From positions 1 through 54,853 of the forward strand of contig JAGOEH010000002.1 of assembly GCA_017997825.1 (NCBI GenBank): DNA of 54,853 nt, written 5' to 3'. The notes beneath the pieces were generated by a model. That model was given only the letters and a program-made list of their open reading frames with translations. It was not told the DNA's origin and searched no databases. This DNA comes from Candidatus Delongbacteria bacterium (lineage in GTDB: Bacteria; JAGOEH01). The position numbers were made by a program, and so were the translations under genes. Of this stretch, positions 21,701 through 30,462 are shown one piece after another. Every line of letters begins with the position of its first letter. Position 1 is the stretch's first letter.

Positions 21701-24700
21701 CGCACCAGGGGAGGAAATTGGCCGGTACCGACATCGAATGATAGGGTTCCTCCGCCCGATATTCCGGTCACTTTTTCATTCTTGGCCAACAGGGTCAGAT
21801 GTCCCCAAAATCCGGTAAAAAAGACAAACGGGGCAACCGGTACAGAAAAGCATCCCTCCATCCCTCCTGAAACATCATGCATATAGGGAGATTGAGAATA
21901 CAGCTCCAGGCTGGCTTTCAGAAAACAAGCCCCCAATCCTCCAGTCAATCCCCCGGTTACCAACTTCCGTAGTTGGAATGGAAAGATCAGCGTAGCCTTG
22001 CCGAACAGACACCATTTCTTGATATCAGTCTTATAACTGAATCCCACCTTGGGGCCTTCAAATTTCCAATCGGCCACTCGGATATCCGGAATGGCGGTTT
22101 TCAGGTCATCGCAATCGGGATCATCGCCGGTTTCCCTGCAAAAATCGATATCCTTCCGATCAGCCGTAATTCGCAGATAAAGGGATTTGGCTTTGAGAGC
22201 CGGGGCCGGCGCAAACTTGTCTCCGATCATAAAATGATCCACCTGACCAATCATAAAGGCTGAATTGATATTCCCCTTCAATTGTAGTTTATTGGTAAAA
22301 ATCTGGATTTCCGCGATATTCAGGATCAGCCAATCGGAAGTCCCTTCCTTGGTTTTGGCATAGAGCTTTCCCTCGATATGGCCGTCGGATTTGATGGCAA
22401 AATCTTTGACCGCCTTACACCGGATATCGGATCCGTCATCCTGTTTCAGTCCCTCCATACTCAGATCGATCAAACTATCGGTATAATTCAGGTAAACCAA
22501 GCTATTCTTGGTATCGATTCCTTTCACCACCAGCCGGGAATTGAACAGCGCGCCCAGATTATCAGACGATAATCGGATCTGGGATCCAGCTTGCATCAGA
22601 ATGGTTGAACTCGGCATCGTCAATTGACCGGAAAAGATATTTAATGTATCCCCATCGGTTCGGAATCGAACCAATCCTTCTCCGGACGTAATCGCGGTCC
22701 GCTCCTGATTGACTATTACATATCCATTCTGAATAATGGTCCGATCTCCGATTTTAACCATTCCCTGACTGCGATACCCGACGTCCTCAATCACCGACCA
22801 GCTTTCCGGACATATAGTTACCCCATTAACGGTAAAACAGCTATCGATGCAGGTAAACTGATAGGATCGCCCCGGAGGATCAGCCTGTCCCTGTGAATTC
22901 ACCGGCACAACATACCACCAATAGCGGCTGCCCGGACTTTTCAGATGATACTGAAAGCAAATAGTATCCCGGCTATACTCTAAAAAATTGAGAGTATCAG
23001 GAATCAGGGTGTCCAGTTCGATCCGTGTCATCAGACTATCCAGTCCGAGCACCAATCGATAATGATCGGCATAACAGGAGCGTTCCCAGATAAAGGATGC
23101 AGAGACATGGACATCGGGGGCTTCATGCTTGGGAGTATGACCACGGCACCATGAGGAGGGTTGACGCATCAGAGTCGTTACACTCCATGTATCAGACCAG
23201 TAAGAATCCCATGAATCGAGCCGACACTTGGCCTTCCAATAATAGGTGCGTCCACTCCGCAATAGATATACCGGAATCTGCGATATCCCATGGTCATAAT
23301 AGCGGACCGAATCCCGAAACAGACTATCGGTCGAGATTGCCAGCAAATAATTGTAATTGATGGTACGTCCCTTGACAACGAAATTGAATCCGCAGGAGGT
23401 TTCATTACTACCGTTGGTTGGAGCGGAAAGCTCCATTTTACGATATCGGATTTGAAATGAGCTATCGCTGATATCGGCGATCTGATTGCGCCGGCTATCC
23501 TCCAGCCGTAAGGAAAACCCACGTCCATGGACATGCGGGACTATCCATTCCGTATTCCCCTGGTACTCATTGGCTGCTGTATTCGGAATCGTATCGTACC
23601 ACGTAACGGTCTGATTGCTGTCGATCAGGGCCACCCTTAAGGCTTCGATATTGCCTTGGGAGCGCCAACGAAGGGTAAAGACGCTATCCAGCACCAAGCT
23701 GTCACCGCCGTTAGGTTGGATAATTGCAACGCCTCTAACCGGATAGACGGCAAAGGCCGGCGAAAGGTCCTGATAATCCCGATCCAGATTTAGAATCTGA
23801 AGCCTAATCTGTGCCTGATCAGTCAACGGAACTTCCATGGGAATGGTCCATGAATACTGACGCAGACTCAAATCGGTATTCTCGGCAATGGTCAATTGAT
23901 AGTCATGCCCCGGATCCTCATACTCAATCCGCACAGCCTCTCCGATTCCATTATAATCCCACCGGATCAGGCAGGGATCGCCTCGTTCCCATACCGTATC
24001 GGCGGTTGGAGCTGTTAATCGGATCCAATTGTAATACATTCTGAATCGGCTGTCGGACAGATCGTATTCTTCCGGATCATCACTATTGACAATCTTGATC
24101 AGACAATTGAAGGAATTGGTATCGGGAACGGTAAACTGGTAAGAATCCCGAGCTTGGGTCGGCTTGTTCCGAATCAGCTCGATATAACTCTGTCCGCTAT
24201 CCACCGAATAATACAGATCGACATGGTGAACATACTGGGGTGAAGTCCACCGAATCTCGCACTGGGTACCATTCTGAACCGATTCACCGCCGTTGGGGCT
24301 CAGGATGTTCAGGGGTGCTACTTCCATCAAATCGTTACGGACACTCAGAAACAGAGCGCCATCGCCCTTCCCCATCACGATATCCTGGTGGTTATAATTG
24401 TCAAAGGCATAGGTTTTAAAGGGATGATGTCCCTCAAACACAGCACTGGAGTAAGGAACAATCCCGTCATTGTTCAGCCCGAATTCATGATTCAACACAT
24501 AGGAACCGACATTATACATAGCCACACTATTGACGTAAGGAGGAGTGATCAGTTGTCCCGGAATTCGGCCGGCATAAACGATCAGACGGTCATCGATCGA
24601 AAAATCGGTGTTGAGAGTGTTCAGCCAAAGGTTGGATTCATTGGGGTAGCTCGTATAATCCAACAGAGCATCAAAATTATCCCAATGCATATCGTAACGG

Positions 24701-26886
24701 TTCGGATCCTGGTAATGGTTCTGACTGAAGAGGCCTAGTTCCAGCAGATTCATGGTCAGCGCCATTCCCTCACTGACATGGGCATTTCGGGCAGGACCAT
24801 TGGCGATCGGAGAACCGTGATGAGGCGTTCCCAAGGTGATAATCAGCTTGGTTCGCTTGAGATAACCATGCTCCTGAGCCGTTGACCGGGCGACTAAGCC
24901 CCCCATACTGTGGCAGAGAAAGACAAACTTCTTGCCGGTGAATCCATCACTATAACCTTCCCAATTCAACAACTCCTGGCTTAACCGGTCTCCTAGTTGG
25001 TCCACACTATACCAGTTGGAGTAATAATTTACGTAATAGGGCTTGTAACTAGCTTTCAGTTCTTCATCTTGGGCCAGATACGCCAGAAAATTATCCCAGT
25101 AGCCGGGACTGGGGACACCTGGAGACTCTGAGGGTCTCCAGCCATGCACCAGCAAAAGAGGCACCCGATCTTTCAAGGGACTGAAATCGGCCTCATAAAT
25201 CGTCAACGGCAAAGCGATAGCTGTGGTTACAAACCGACTGTAATCCGACCATTGACTGGTATCCGCACCGGTTATCCCCCTCACCCGCCAATAATACTGA
25301 GTATTGAGCTCAAGATTGTCAACCCGGACCGAACTGTCAGGGATATTCGATATCTCCCGAACCAAAGTCATAAACGATGATTGATGCGAAACCTGGACAT
25401 AGTAAACAGTATTGGTATCGGCACCATAATACAACCAGCGCAGACGGGGATTGGTCGAGACATCACCGGCACCATCCTGGGGCAGTACCGGGATCGGTTT
25501 AGAGCGTTCTCCCAGAAAATTGAATACACTATCGGTTTCGATCACCAGTGCTATCCGGGTAACCGGATCAAACTGGAAACCATATTTATACGGAGTCACA
25601 CTATAAGTCCCATATTGCAGCACATCAAAATGATAATCCCCGGAGACATCGGTGATTGCAGTATCCAAATCCGTACCGGTCAGAATGACCGTTACACCCG
25701 AAATAGGGGTATCGGCTGCTGCACCCAAACGGAGCCTCGGGTTTTCTTGATTGCTTCCCGATCCCATCATTAACGATAACGTTTTAAGGGTAATTTTACC
25801 ACTGATCCGGACATAGTTCTGGTAGGCCTCAAAATCCTGGGTTTGATTCTCTTCCGGGGCCATCAGCTCGATATAAGCCGGTAAAAAGGTATAATCCTCC
25901 TTGTATGCGGTCAGTATATAACTACCGGTCGCGTTAACCGTAAAGCTGTAATTCCCCGAAACATCGGTCAGGACGGTATCGTTGGTCGTTCCCACCAGCA
26001 TCATCCGAACATCCGCCAGGGGGGCGCCGCTGAACGTCACCTGTCCGCTGACGATAATCGCATCCAGACTGGCCGCAAAATTCTGGACCTGGTTGTTAAA
26101 GGGATTCAAAAACTCCTTCGTCAGCGGATCAAAGGTGTATCCCGCTTTGGCAGGAGTCACCAGATAATACCCACCGGCCCCCACCGAAAAGGAATACTGA
26201 CCGGTATGATCGGTTACCAGCGAATCATTGTTGCTGCCGGTCAAATGAACCGTTACCCCGGATAACCCATTTCCATCCAGGGTAATTACACCACTGACGG
26301 TTAATGTATTGATGGCAGCCGTAAAATTAAAAACCTGATCCCCGGTGATGGCGGGGAAGAGATTGGAAATTGGAGTAAAGGTATACCCGCTTTTTTGTGG
26401 GGTCACCGTATAGGTACCGCCATAGGAGACAGTAAATTCATAAGCCCCGGTCAAATCGCTGGTGACCGAATCGATCAGTGAACCGCTCAGATAAACAGTT
26501 GCACCCGGCAAAGGATTTCCATCGACAGTCAGTAGGCCGCTGATCTTCAGAGGAACCCGATCGGCGGTAAAATCCAGCGTATCCAGATCTTGAACAGCGG
26601 AAACAAATAGGTGATTGGTAGGATCAAAATTATAACCGGCCAGACTCGGCGTGATAGTTCCACTGGCCCCGGCTGATACCGTAAAACTATAATGCCCGTT
26701 TTCATCCGAAGTGGTCGAACTGGTGGAACCCGGAAAACCGACTACAACACAACTAAGCTGAACCCCGGCTAATCCGGTTCCATCATGAGTGATCGTTCCG
26801 CTATAGGTATAATTTAATTGAGCCTGTGTCGAATAAACCATACAGACCAATCCTACTAAAACCAACAACCATCGACAGAATCTCAC
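18793..26886 (-). CDS. Giant (2,697 aa) T9SS-secreted multidomain protein with embedded lipase-like alpha/beta-hydrolase
   Basis: GTG start with GGAAGG upstream, and signal peptide MRFCRWLLVLVGLVCMVYSTQA. Domains in order:
- five ~80-100-aa CarboxypepD_reg/Cna-B-like repeats (aa ~24-460)
- FN3-like modules
- a hydrolase with LLLVHGW / CHSMGG / NNDGIVP / NYNHQD
- Ig-like modules
- a ~650-aa unassigned core
- more FN3 modules
- acidic thrombospondin-type-3-like Ca-binding repeats (DTDGDRIWDDVDPHP, NPDTDGGGLSDGDEVD)
- a T9SS CTD (NYPNPFNQSTVIRYQLP...GVYFYQLK). Confidence 0.85.
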   Translation of the reverse strand: MRFCRWLLVLVGLVCMVYSTQAQLNYTYSGTITHDGTGLAGVQLSCVVVGFPGSTSSTTSDENGHYSFTVSAGASGTITPSLAGYNFDPTNHLFVSAVQDLDTLDFTADRVPLKISGLLTVDGNPLPGATVYLSGSLIDSVTSDLTGAYEFTVSYGGTYTVTPQKSGYTFTPISNLFPAITGDQVFNFTAAINTLTVSGVITLDGNGLSGVTVHLTGSNNDSLVTDHTGQYSFSVGAGGYYLVTPAKAGYTFDPLTKEFLNPFNNQVQNFAASLDAIIVSGQVTFSGAPLADVRMMLVGTTNDTVLTDVSGNYSFTVNATGSYILTAYKEDYTFLPAYIELMAPEENQTQDFEAYQNYVRISGKITLKTLSLMMGSGSNQENPRLRLGAAADTPISGVTVILTGTDLDTAITDVSGDYHFDVLQYGTYSVTPYKYGFQFDPVTRIALVIETDSVFNFLGERSKPIPVLPQDGAGDVSTNPRLRWLYYGADTNTVYYVQVSHQSSFMTLVREISNIPDSSVRVDNLELNTQYYWRVRGITGADTSQWSDYSRFVTTAIALPLTIYEADFSPLKDRVPLLLVHGWRPSESPGVPSPGYWDNFLAYLAQDEELKASYKPYYVNYYSNWYSVDQLGDRLSQELLNWEGYSDGFTGKKFVFLCHSMGGLVARSTAQEHGYLKRTKLIITLGTPHHGSPIANGPARNAHVSEGMALTMNLLELGLFSQNHYQDPNRYDMHWDNFDALLDYTSYPNESNLWLNTLNTDFSIDDRLIVYAGRIPGQLITPPYVNSVAMYNVGSYVLNHEFGLNNDGIVPYSSAVFEGHHPFKTYAFDNYNHQDIVMGKGDGALFLSVRNDLMEVAPLNILSPNGGESVQNGTQCEIRWTSPQYVHHVDLYYSVDSGQSYIELIRNKPTQARDSYQFTVPDTNSFNCLIKIVNSDDPEEYDLSDSRFRMYYNWIRLTAPTADTVWERGDPCLIRWDYNGIGEAVRIEYEDPGHDYQLTIAENTDLSLRQYSWTIPMEVPLTDQAQIRLQILNLDRDYQDLSPAFAVYPVRGVAIIQPNGGDSLVLDSVFTLRWRSQGNIEALRVALIDSNQTVTWYDTIPNTAANEYQGNTEWIVPHVHGRGFSLRLEDSRRNQIADISDSSFQIRYRKMELSAPTNGSNETSCGFNFVVKGRTINYNYLLAISTDSLFRDSVRYYDHGISQIPVYLLRSGRTYYWKAKCRLDSWDSYWSDTWSVTTLMRQPSSWCRGHTPKHEAPDVHVSASFIWERSCYADHYRLVLGLDSLMTRIELDTLIPDTLNFLEYSRDTICFQYHLKSPGSRYWWYVVPVNSQGQADPPGRSYQFTCIDSCFTVNGVTICPESWSVIEDVGYRSQGMVKIGDRTIIQNGYVIVNQERTAITSGEGLVRFRTDGDTLNIFSGQLTMPSSTILMQAGSQIRLSSDNLGALFNSRLVVKGIDTKNSLVYLNYTDSLIDLSMEGLKQDDGSDIRCKAVKDFAIKSDGHIEGKLYAKTKEGTSDWLILNIAEIQIFTNKLQLKGNINSAFMIGQVDHFMIGDKFAPAPALKAKSLYLRITADRKDIDFCRETGDDPDCDDLKTAIPDIRVADWKFEGPKVGFSYKTDIKKWCLFGKATLIFPFQLRKLVTGGLTGGLGACFLKASLELYSQSPYMHDVSGGMEGCFSVPVAPFVFFTGFWGHLTLLAKNEKVTGISGGGTLSFDVGTGQFPPLVRGVPGFNINTKGILDLTGELRLFGFITMSKVAFSLDASQKNKTVLYGKMYFESPPYYPWVKADVEGKIEILSTSQANRSNLVDRMYFTGTSLFQIPGKVVTIMGLNLPPGDIVLQGYKIEVGEFKSGGKSMGKGVQAGVCIFTLSYPTCECGCTPWYKPWKWDWDCSWVHKQIWATAFVPIQSGKPRLGTNFYDLVKFSKRTYLRRRGNLESMSSYIRQFASDGNGDTLHIYVPPSSSEMTFFSLKYYSEKRPSLVFLNPSETHGYWSDKMIEDSPGSVTDSGFVVGVPTEPGVWKILVDSIQSSSDYLLTIAGLNTPPKLTIQSTVRNSDTLYTIGYQAYDADDEATITFYYTENDSTKGLLINPSELIERDTTGLYQWNVRGVKNGTYRIYGIISDAANPLVKTFYDQPVVIGHHDVPAVPRDFRVIRDTAEMIFCWQEDPYSEQYQIRWGTQSGIYTDTITGITGHQYPFFPETDSTVYYAVIAAENINGDWSPFSAELSFSFNTIELDTLPPAIPSKPVVKAVCSVADNPDSSLTLPYVVISWTRSSDAAGYVITYRPTESEQENSFDVGQSDSLTITGLTSGTTYGFSLQAYDSVYNYSSASQTVTADLFPPDDRDGDGMNDSQEIRYFGDIDYTNDSMGDEDEDELTNGYELEHGTNPMNHDTDGDRIWDDVDPHPTSSIDTDNDLMPDDWERYYELDLPDEDPDRDRLSNLNEYRYGTDPLNPDTDGGGLSDGDEVDRGRDPLNAKDDPWDGLPAAELKSFTARWENDSIGLQWVTRDENFLKGFNLYRKQSHQNGYERINPDLIVPPADSGSGHGYSYQDGPINPDSTYTYWLESLGEFENADSLGWVEVAAVTAINEPTQPDIKEFDLEQNYPNPFNQSTVIRYQLPIDERYPSYSVELEIFNLLGQRVRSLVRANQPSGRYQVIWNGMNDQGRAVKSGVYFYQLKSNKFCTKRSLLLLR
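24337..25179 (-). other. Lipase/esterase-like alpha/beta-hydrolase domain inside the giant protein (aa ~570-850)
   Basis: An oxyanion-hole-type LLLVHGW, a nucleophile elbow CHSMGG (Ser660 codon 24907-24909, checked by reverse translation), then NNDGIVP (Asp) and NYNHQD (His). This order fits a Ser-Asp-His triad. HSMGG resembles the Bacillus LipA / PGAP1-like pentapeptide. Confidence 0.6.
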
Positions 26887-26933
26887 AAATGCCTTCCTTT
26901 CACTATTTCCGACCCATAGAGAATCAAATAAAA

Positions 26934-26949
26934 AGCAATTTTGAAACCA
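26934..26949 (-). promoter_or_regulatory. Candidate sigma-54 (-24/-12) promoter upstream of the giant cargo gene
   Basis: Minus strand: TGGTTTC-AAAA-TTGCT. It keeps the invariant GG and GC with the consensus spacing of TGGCACG-N4-TTGCW. It lies 48-63 nt upstream of the GTG start. Only 8 of 12 consensus positions match, and a chance match is possible. Confidence 0.3.
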
Positions 26950-27544
26950 CCGGCTGGTATTAAATTTCCAGGGTGACAGTCAATCGGTTTATCACTATTC
27001 CATATACCATCTATATAAATAAATCTGATATATCTAGAAACGACATATTTTGAAAGAACTCCTAACTTAAATCCTGAATCCTATTCATCACCTATTGTTT
27101 TATCACTAGTTCAAACAACCAATAGATATCAATCTTTCCAAACATCTACAATCAAGGTATATAGTAAATAAATATATCATCCGACATCCCTACCCAGATT
27201 ACATGCCATAAATTATTCTCTGACTCAATATTGCCAAAATAGTCAATAAATTTTCAAAAATCAATATTTTTTTTTTCGATAATATAAATATTCTAAGATT
27301 CATCAATCATTTGAATACCATTATGATAAAGTTATAGCCCGAATTTATTGATTGGAGATCATGCTCCCTCATTGGGATATACGATATCATATCGGAATAG
27401 ATGGGATTGATCCGATATCAAGGCTATTCCTGGTATCCGTTACTGATGAACAACCTTCGAGCAGTCCATGATCGGCAATAACCGTTTCATAGCACATTCC
27501 ACAGTAACATCTTGACCGGATTCCAGTTCACCGAAAAAAACGGG

Positions 27545-27573
27545 TTGACAACCTCATCAGATTTTTGTAAAAT
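27545..27573 (+). promoter_or_regulatory. Candidate sigma-70-type promoter for valS
   Basis: TTGACA (27545-27550), 17 nt, TAAAAT (27568-27573). The predicted leader is ~190 nt and ends in AAGGAG 7 nt before the ATG. Confidence 0.5.
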
Positions 27574-27766
27574 AGAAGCGGCCGCGGGATCATCCTATCT
27601 CTCAGGATTCGAATCTGATGAAGAAAAAGGTGAACAAACCATGGTCTTCGGCCGATGAGTCAGTCTTAAAACGCCCGTAACTCCTCCACGGCAAGCTGAA
27701 AAGCAGGATTGACGACACTAGGATAAATTAAAACACCCCTTCACCTAAGGATAAAGGAGCTTCACT

Positions 27767-30415
27767 ATGTTGAATTTGGCCGACCGATACGATCCCTCAT
27801 CAGTAGAAAATAAGTGGTACGATTATTGGCTGTCCCAAAAGATGTTTCATGCCGAACCGAGCCGTGATAAGCCGCCCTACACCATTGTGATTCCACCGCC
27901 CAACATTACCGGGGTCCTCCACATGGGGCATGTGCTCAACAATACGCTTCAAGATATTCTGATTCGCTGGAAAAAAATGCAGGGATTCAATACTGAATGG
28001 CTGCCGGGCACCGATCATGCTGCAATCGCTACCCAGAATGTACTGGAAAAGATGCTCAGAAAAGAGGGCAAGACCAAGGACGATATCGGCCGAGAGGCCT
28101 TTACCCAGCTTTTTTGGGACTGGCGGAATAAATCCGGGGGAACCATCATCAAGCAGCTCAAGCTGCTGGGGGCGTCCTGCGACTGGGAACGGGAAGCCTT
28201 TACTATGGATGCCAACCTGACCCGGGCCGTCCAGGAAGTTTTCATTCGCCTGTATAATAAAGGGCTGGTTTATCGGGGTAAATATATCATCAACTGGTGC
28301 CCTCGCTGCGGTACAGCCCTCAGCGACGACGAGACCGACTATGCCGAAAAACAGTCCCACCTGTGGCATATCCGTTACCATTTCAAGGATGAACCTGAAA
28401 AATATCTGGTGGTGGCTACCACCCGGCCGGAAACCATGCTGGGCGATACGGCGGTAGCGGTCAATCCCAAGGATGAGCGATTCACGGCCTTGATCGGAAG
28501 AAAGTTAATCCTGCCGATCGTCAACCGTGAAATCCCGATCATTGCCGATGATTTTGTCGATCCAAGCTTCGGTACCGGCTGCGTCAAAGTCACACCGGCC
28601 CACGATCCCAATGATTTTCAGATGGCGATGCGCCATCCCCTGGAAAAAATTGTGGTCATCGATTCTTCCGGCAAGATGAACGATCAGGCCGGTATATATC
28701 AAGGACTGGATCGTTTCGAATGCCGCACCCGATTGGTGGAGGATCTGAAATCCCAAAATTATCTGGAAAGCATCCAGGATTACACCCATAGCGTCGGCCA
28801 TTGCTACCGCTGCAATACCGTAATCGAACCCCATCTCTCCGATCAGTGGTTCGTTAAAATGGGCCCTCTGGCCCAGCCGGTGATCCAGGCTATCGAAAAT
28901 GATCAGATCAAATTCTACCCGGAACGCTGGAAAAAGAACGCCCTCAACTGGCTCTATAACATCCGGGATTGGTGCATCTCCCGCCAGATCTGGCTGGGGC
29001 ATAAAATTCCGATCTGGTACTGTCCCGACCATCATGTCACCGCCTCGATCCCCCGACCGGAGAAATGCCCGATCTGCGGATCAACCGATCTGGTTCAGGA
29101 TCCCGATGTGCTGGATACCTGGTTTTCCTCGTGGTTGTGGCCCTTCTCAACCTTCGGCTGGCCGGAAAAAAACAAGGATCTCGACTATTTCTATCCCACC
29201 AGCACCCTGGTCACTGATCCGGGCATCATCTTCTTCTGGGTGATCCGGATGATCATGGCCGGTTATGAATTCATGGGCAACAAACCCTTCAGCGAAGTCC
29301 ACCTGCATGGAGTGGTCTGCGACGAACAGGGCCGCAAAATGAGCAAGTCACTGGGGAACTCCCCCGACCCGATCGATATCATCCAGACCTATTCGGCCGA
29401 CGCCATGCGTTTCGCTATCATCTTCTCCACTCCTCCCGGCCAGAATACCCTCTATTCCGACAAACAAACCGAAATGGGACGTAACTTTACCAATAAAATC
29501 TGGAATGCCTTCCGACTGGTGATGATGAATATCGAAGATTTTAGTTTGTCCGAATTCCACTATGATCCATCACGACTCACCCTGCCCGACCAGTGGCTGC
29601 TCCACCGTCTCAACCACGCCATCGATCAGATCAATGCTGACCTAAAGGAATTCCGGTTCAACGAAGCCGAACATGCCATCTATGATTTCATCTGGAAGGA
29701 TTACTGCGACTGGTACCTGGAAATTAACAAGCTGCGATGGTATCAGCCGGTATCCGATCAGGACAAAGCCATGTCTCAATACCTGTGTATTCATATCATG
29801 CAGGCGTTTCTCAAACTGCTGCACCCCTTCATGCCCTTCCTGACCGAGGAGATCTGGCAGAGCTTCAAATCAGCCGGGTTGTTGACCCGCGATCAGGATA
29901 AGCTCTCCATTATGGCGGCTCAGTTTCCTCAAGTCGATCCGGCCTGCGATTTCCCGGAAGCTTTTAAGGAGATGGAATTTTTGATGGAACTGATCTCCCA
30001 GATCCGTAATATCCGGTCTGAAAAGAATATTAAACCCAAGGATAAGGTCAACCTGGTCCTTAAACGGGATCTGCCGGTTATCGCTCAGAACCAAGCGTTT
30101 GTCGGCAACCTGGCCAAGGTGGATCAGATCAGTATCAGTGATACCGCTCCAGCCGACTCGGCCGTCGGGGTGGTCGGCGACCTGGAATTCTATATTCCCC
30201 TGAGCGGACTGGTCGATCTGGGCAAGGAAAAGGAAAAGATCGAGAAGGAAATAAAACAATTAGCCGGATATTTACAGGGATTGAATCAAAAACTGCAGAA
30301 TGAGAAGTTTGTGAGCGGTGCCCCGGCCGAGGTAGTGGCCAAGGAAAAAGCCCGCCGCGACGAACTGCAGGCTAAATATGACACCCTACAGCAGGCCCTG
30401 GCCAAAATGAGCTGA
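27767..30415 (+). CDS. valS: Valine--tRNA ligase
   Basis: 882 aa with PPPNITGVLHMGH (HIGH region), KMSKSLGN, an editing-domain-sized insertion and a C-terminal coiled coil. Confidence 0.95.
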   Translation: MLNLADRYDPSSVENKWYDYWLSQKMFHAEPSRDKPPYTIVIPPPNITGVLHMGHVLNNTLQDILIRWKKMQGFNTEWLPGTDHAAIATQNVLEKMLRKEGKTKDDIGREAFTQLFWDWRNKSGGTIIKQLKLLGASCDWEREAFTMDANLTRAVQEVFIRLYNKGLVYRGKYIINWCPRCGTALSDDETDYAEKQSHLWHIRYHFKDEPEKYLVVATTRPETMLGDTAVAVNPKDERFTALIGRKLILPIVNREIPIIADDFVDPSFGTGCVKVTPAHDPNDFQMAMRHPLEKIVVIDSSGKMNDQAGIYQGLDRFECRTRLVEDLKSQNYLESIQDYTHSVGHCYRCNTVIEPHLSDQWFVKMGPLAQPVIQAIENDQIKFYPERWKKNALNWLYNIRDWCISRQIWLGHKIPIWYCPDHHVTASIPRPEKCPICGSTDLVQDPDVLDTWFSSWLWPFSTFGWPEKNKDLDYFYPTSTLVTDPGIIFFWVIRMIMAGYEFMGNKPFSEVHLHGVVCDEQGRKMSKSLGNSPDPIDIIQTYSADAMRFAIIFSTPPGQNTLYSDKQTEMGRNFTNKIWNAFRLVMMNIEDFSLSEFHYDPSRLTLPDQWLLHRLNHAIDQINADLKEFRFNEAEHAIYDFIWKDYCDWYLEINKLRWYQPVSDQDKAMSQYLCIHIMQAFLKLLHPFMPFLTEEIWQSFKSAGLLTRDQDKLSIMAAQFPQVDPACDFPEAFKEMEFLMELISQIRNIRSEKNIKPKDKVNLVLKRDLPVIAQNQAFVGNLAKVDQISISDTAPADSAVGVVGDLEFYIPLSGLVDLGKEKEKIEKEIKQLAGYLQGLNQKLQNEKFVSGAPAEVVAKEKARRDELQAKYDTLQQALAKMS

Positions 30416-30417
30416 TT

Positions 30418-30454
30418 AAAAAAGGCCTTCCGGAATCTCCGGAAGGCCTTTTTA
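30418..30454. terminator. Bidirectional rho-independent terminator between valS and the convergent small ORF
   Basis: AAGGCCTTCCGGA (30422-30434), a 3-nt loop, TCCGGAAGGCCTT (30438-30450). The 13-bp stem is perfect. It is flanked by an A-run (30418-30423) and a T-run (30449-30453), so it reads as hairpin plus U-tract on both strands. Confidence 0.85.
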
Positions 30455-30462
30455 TATAACGA

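Noticed and set aside
26988-27108. Two copies of TTTATCACTA spaced 111 bp apart, upstream of the sigma-54-like element, considered as activator binding sites
   Set aside because: In DNA this AT-rich, a single repeated 10-mer within ~500 bp is about what chance predicts by my rough estimate. There is no dyad symmetry.
27574-27766. Long valS leader considered as a T-box, riboswitch or hammerhead (CUGAUGA at 27615-27621)
   Set aside because: I could find no T-box specifier/antiterminator sequence. There is no stem II hairpin or GAAA core partner for a hammerhead, and no terminator hairpin before the start codon. I treat it as an unassigned 5' UTR. A covariance-model scan (Rfam) would be decisive.
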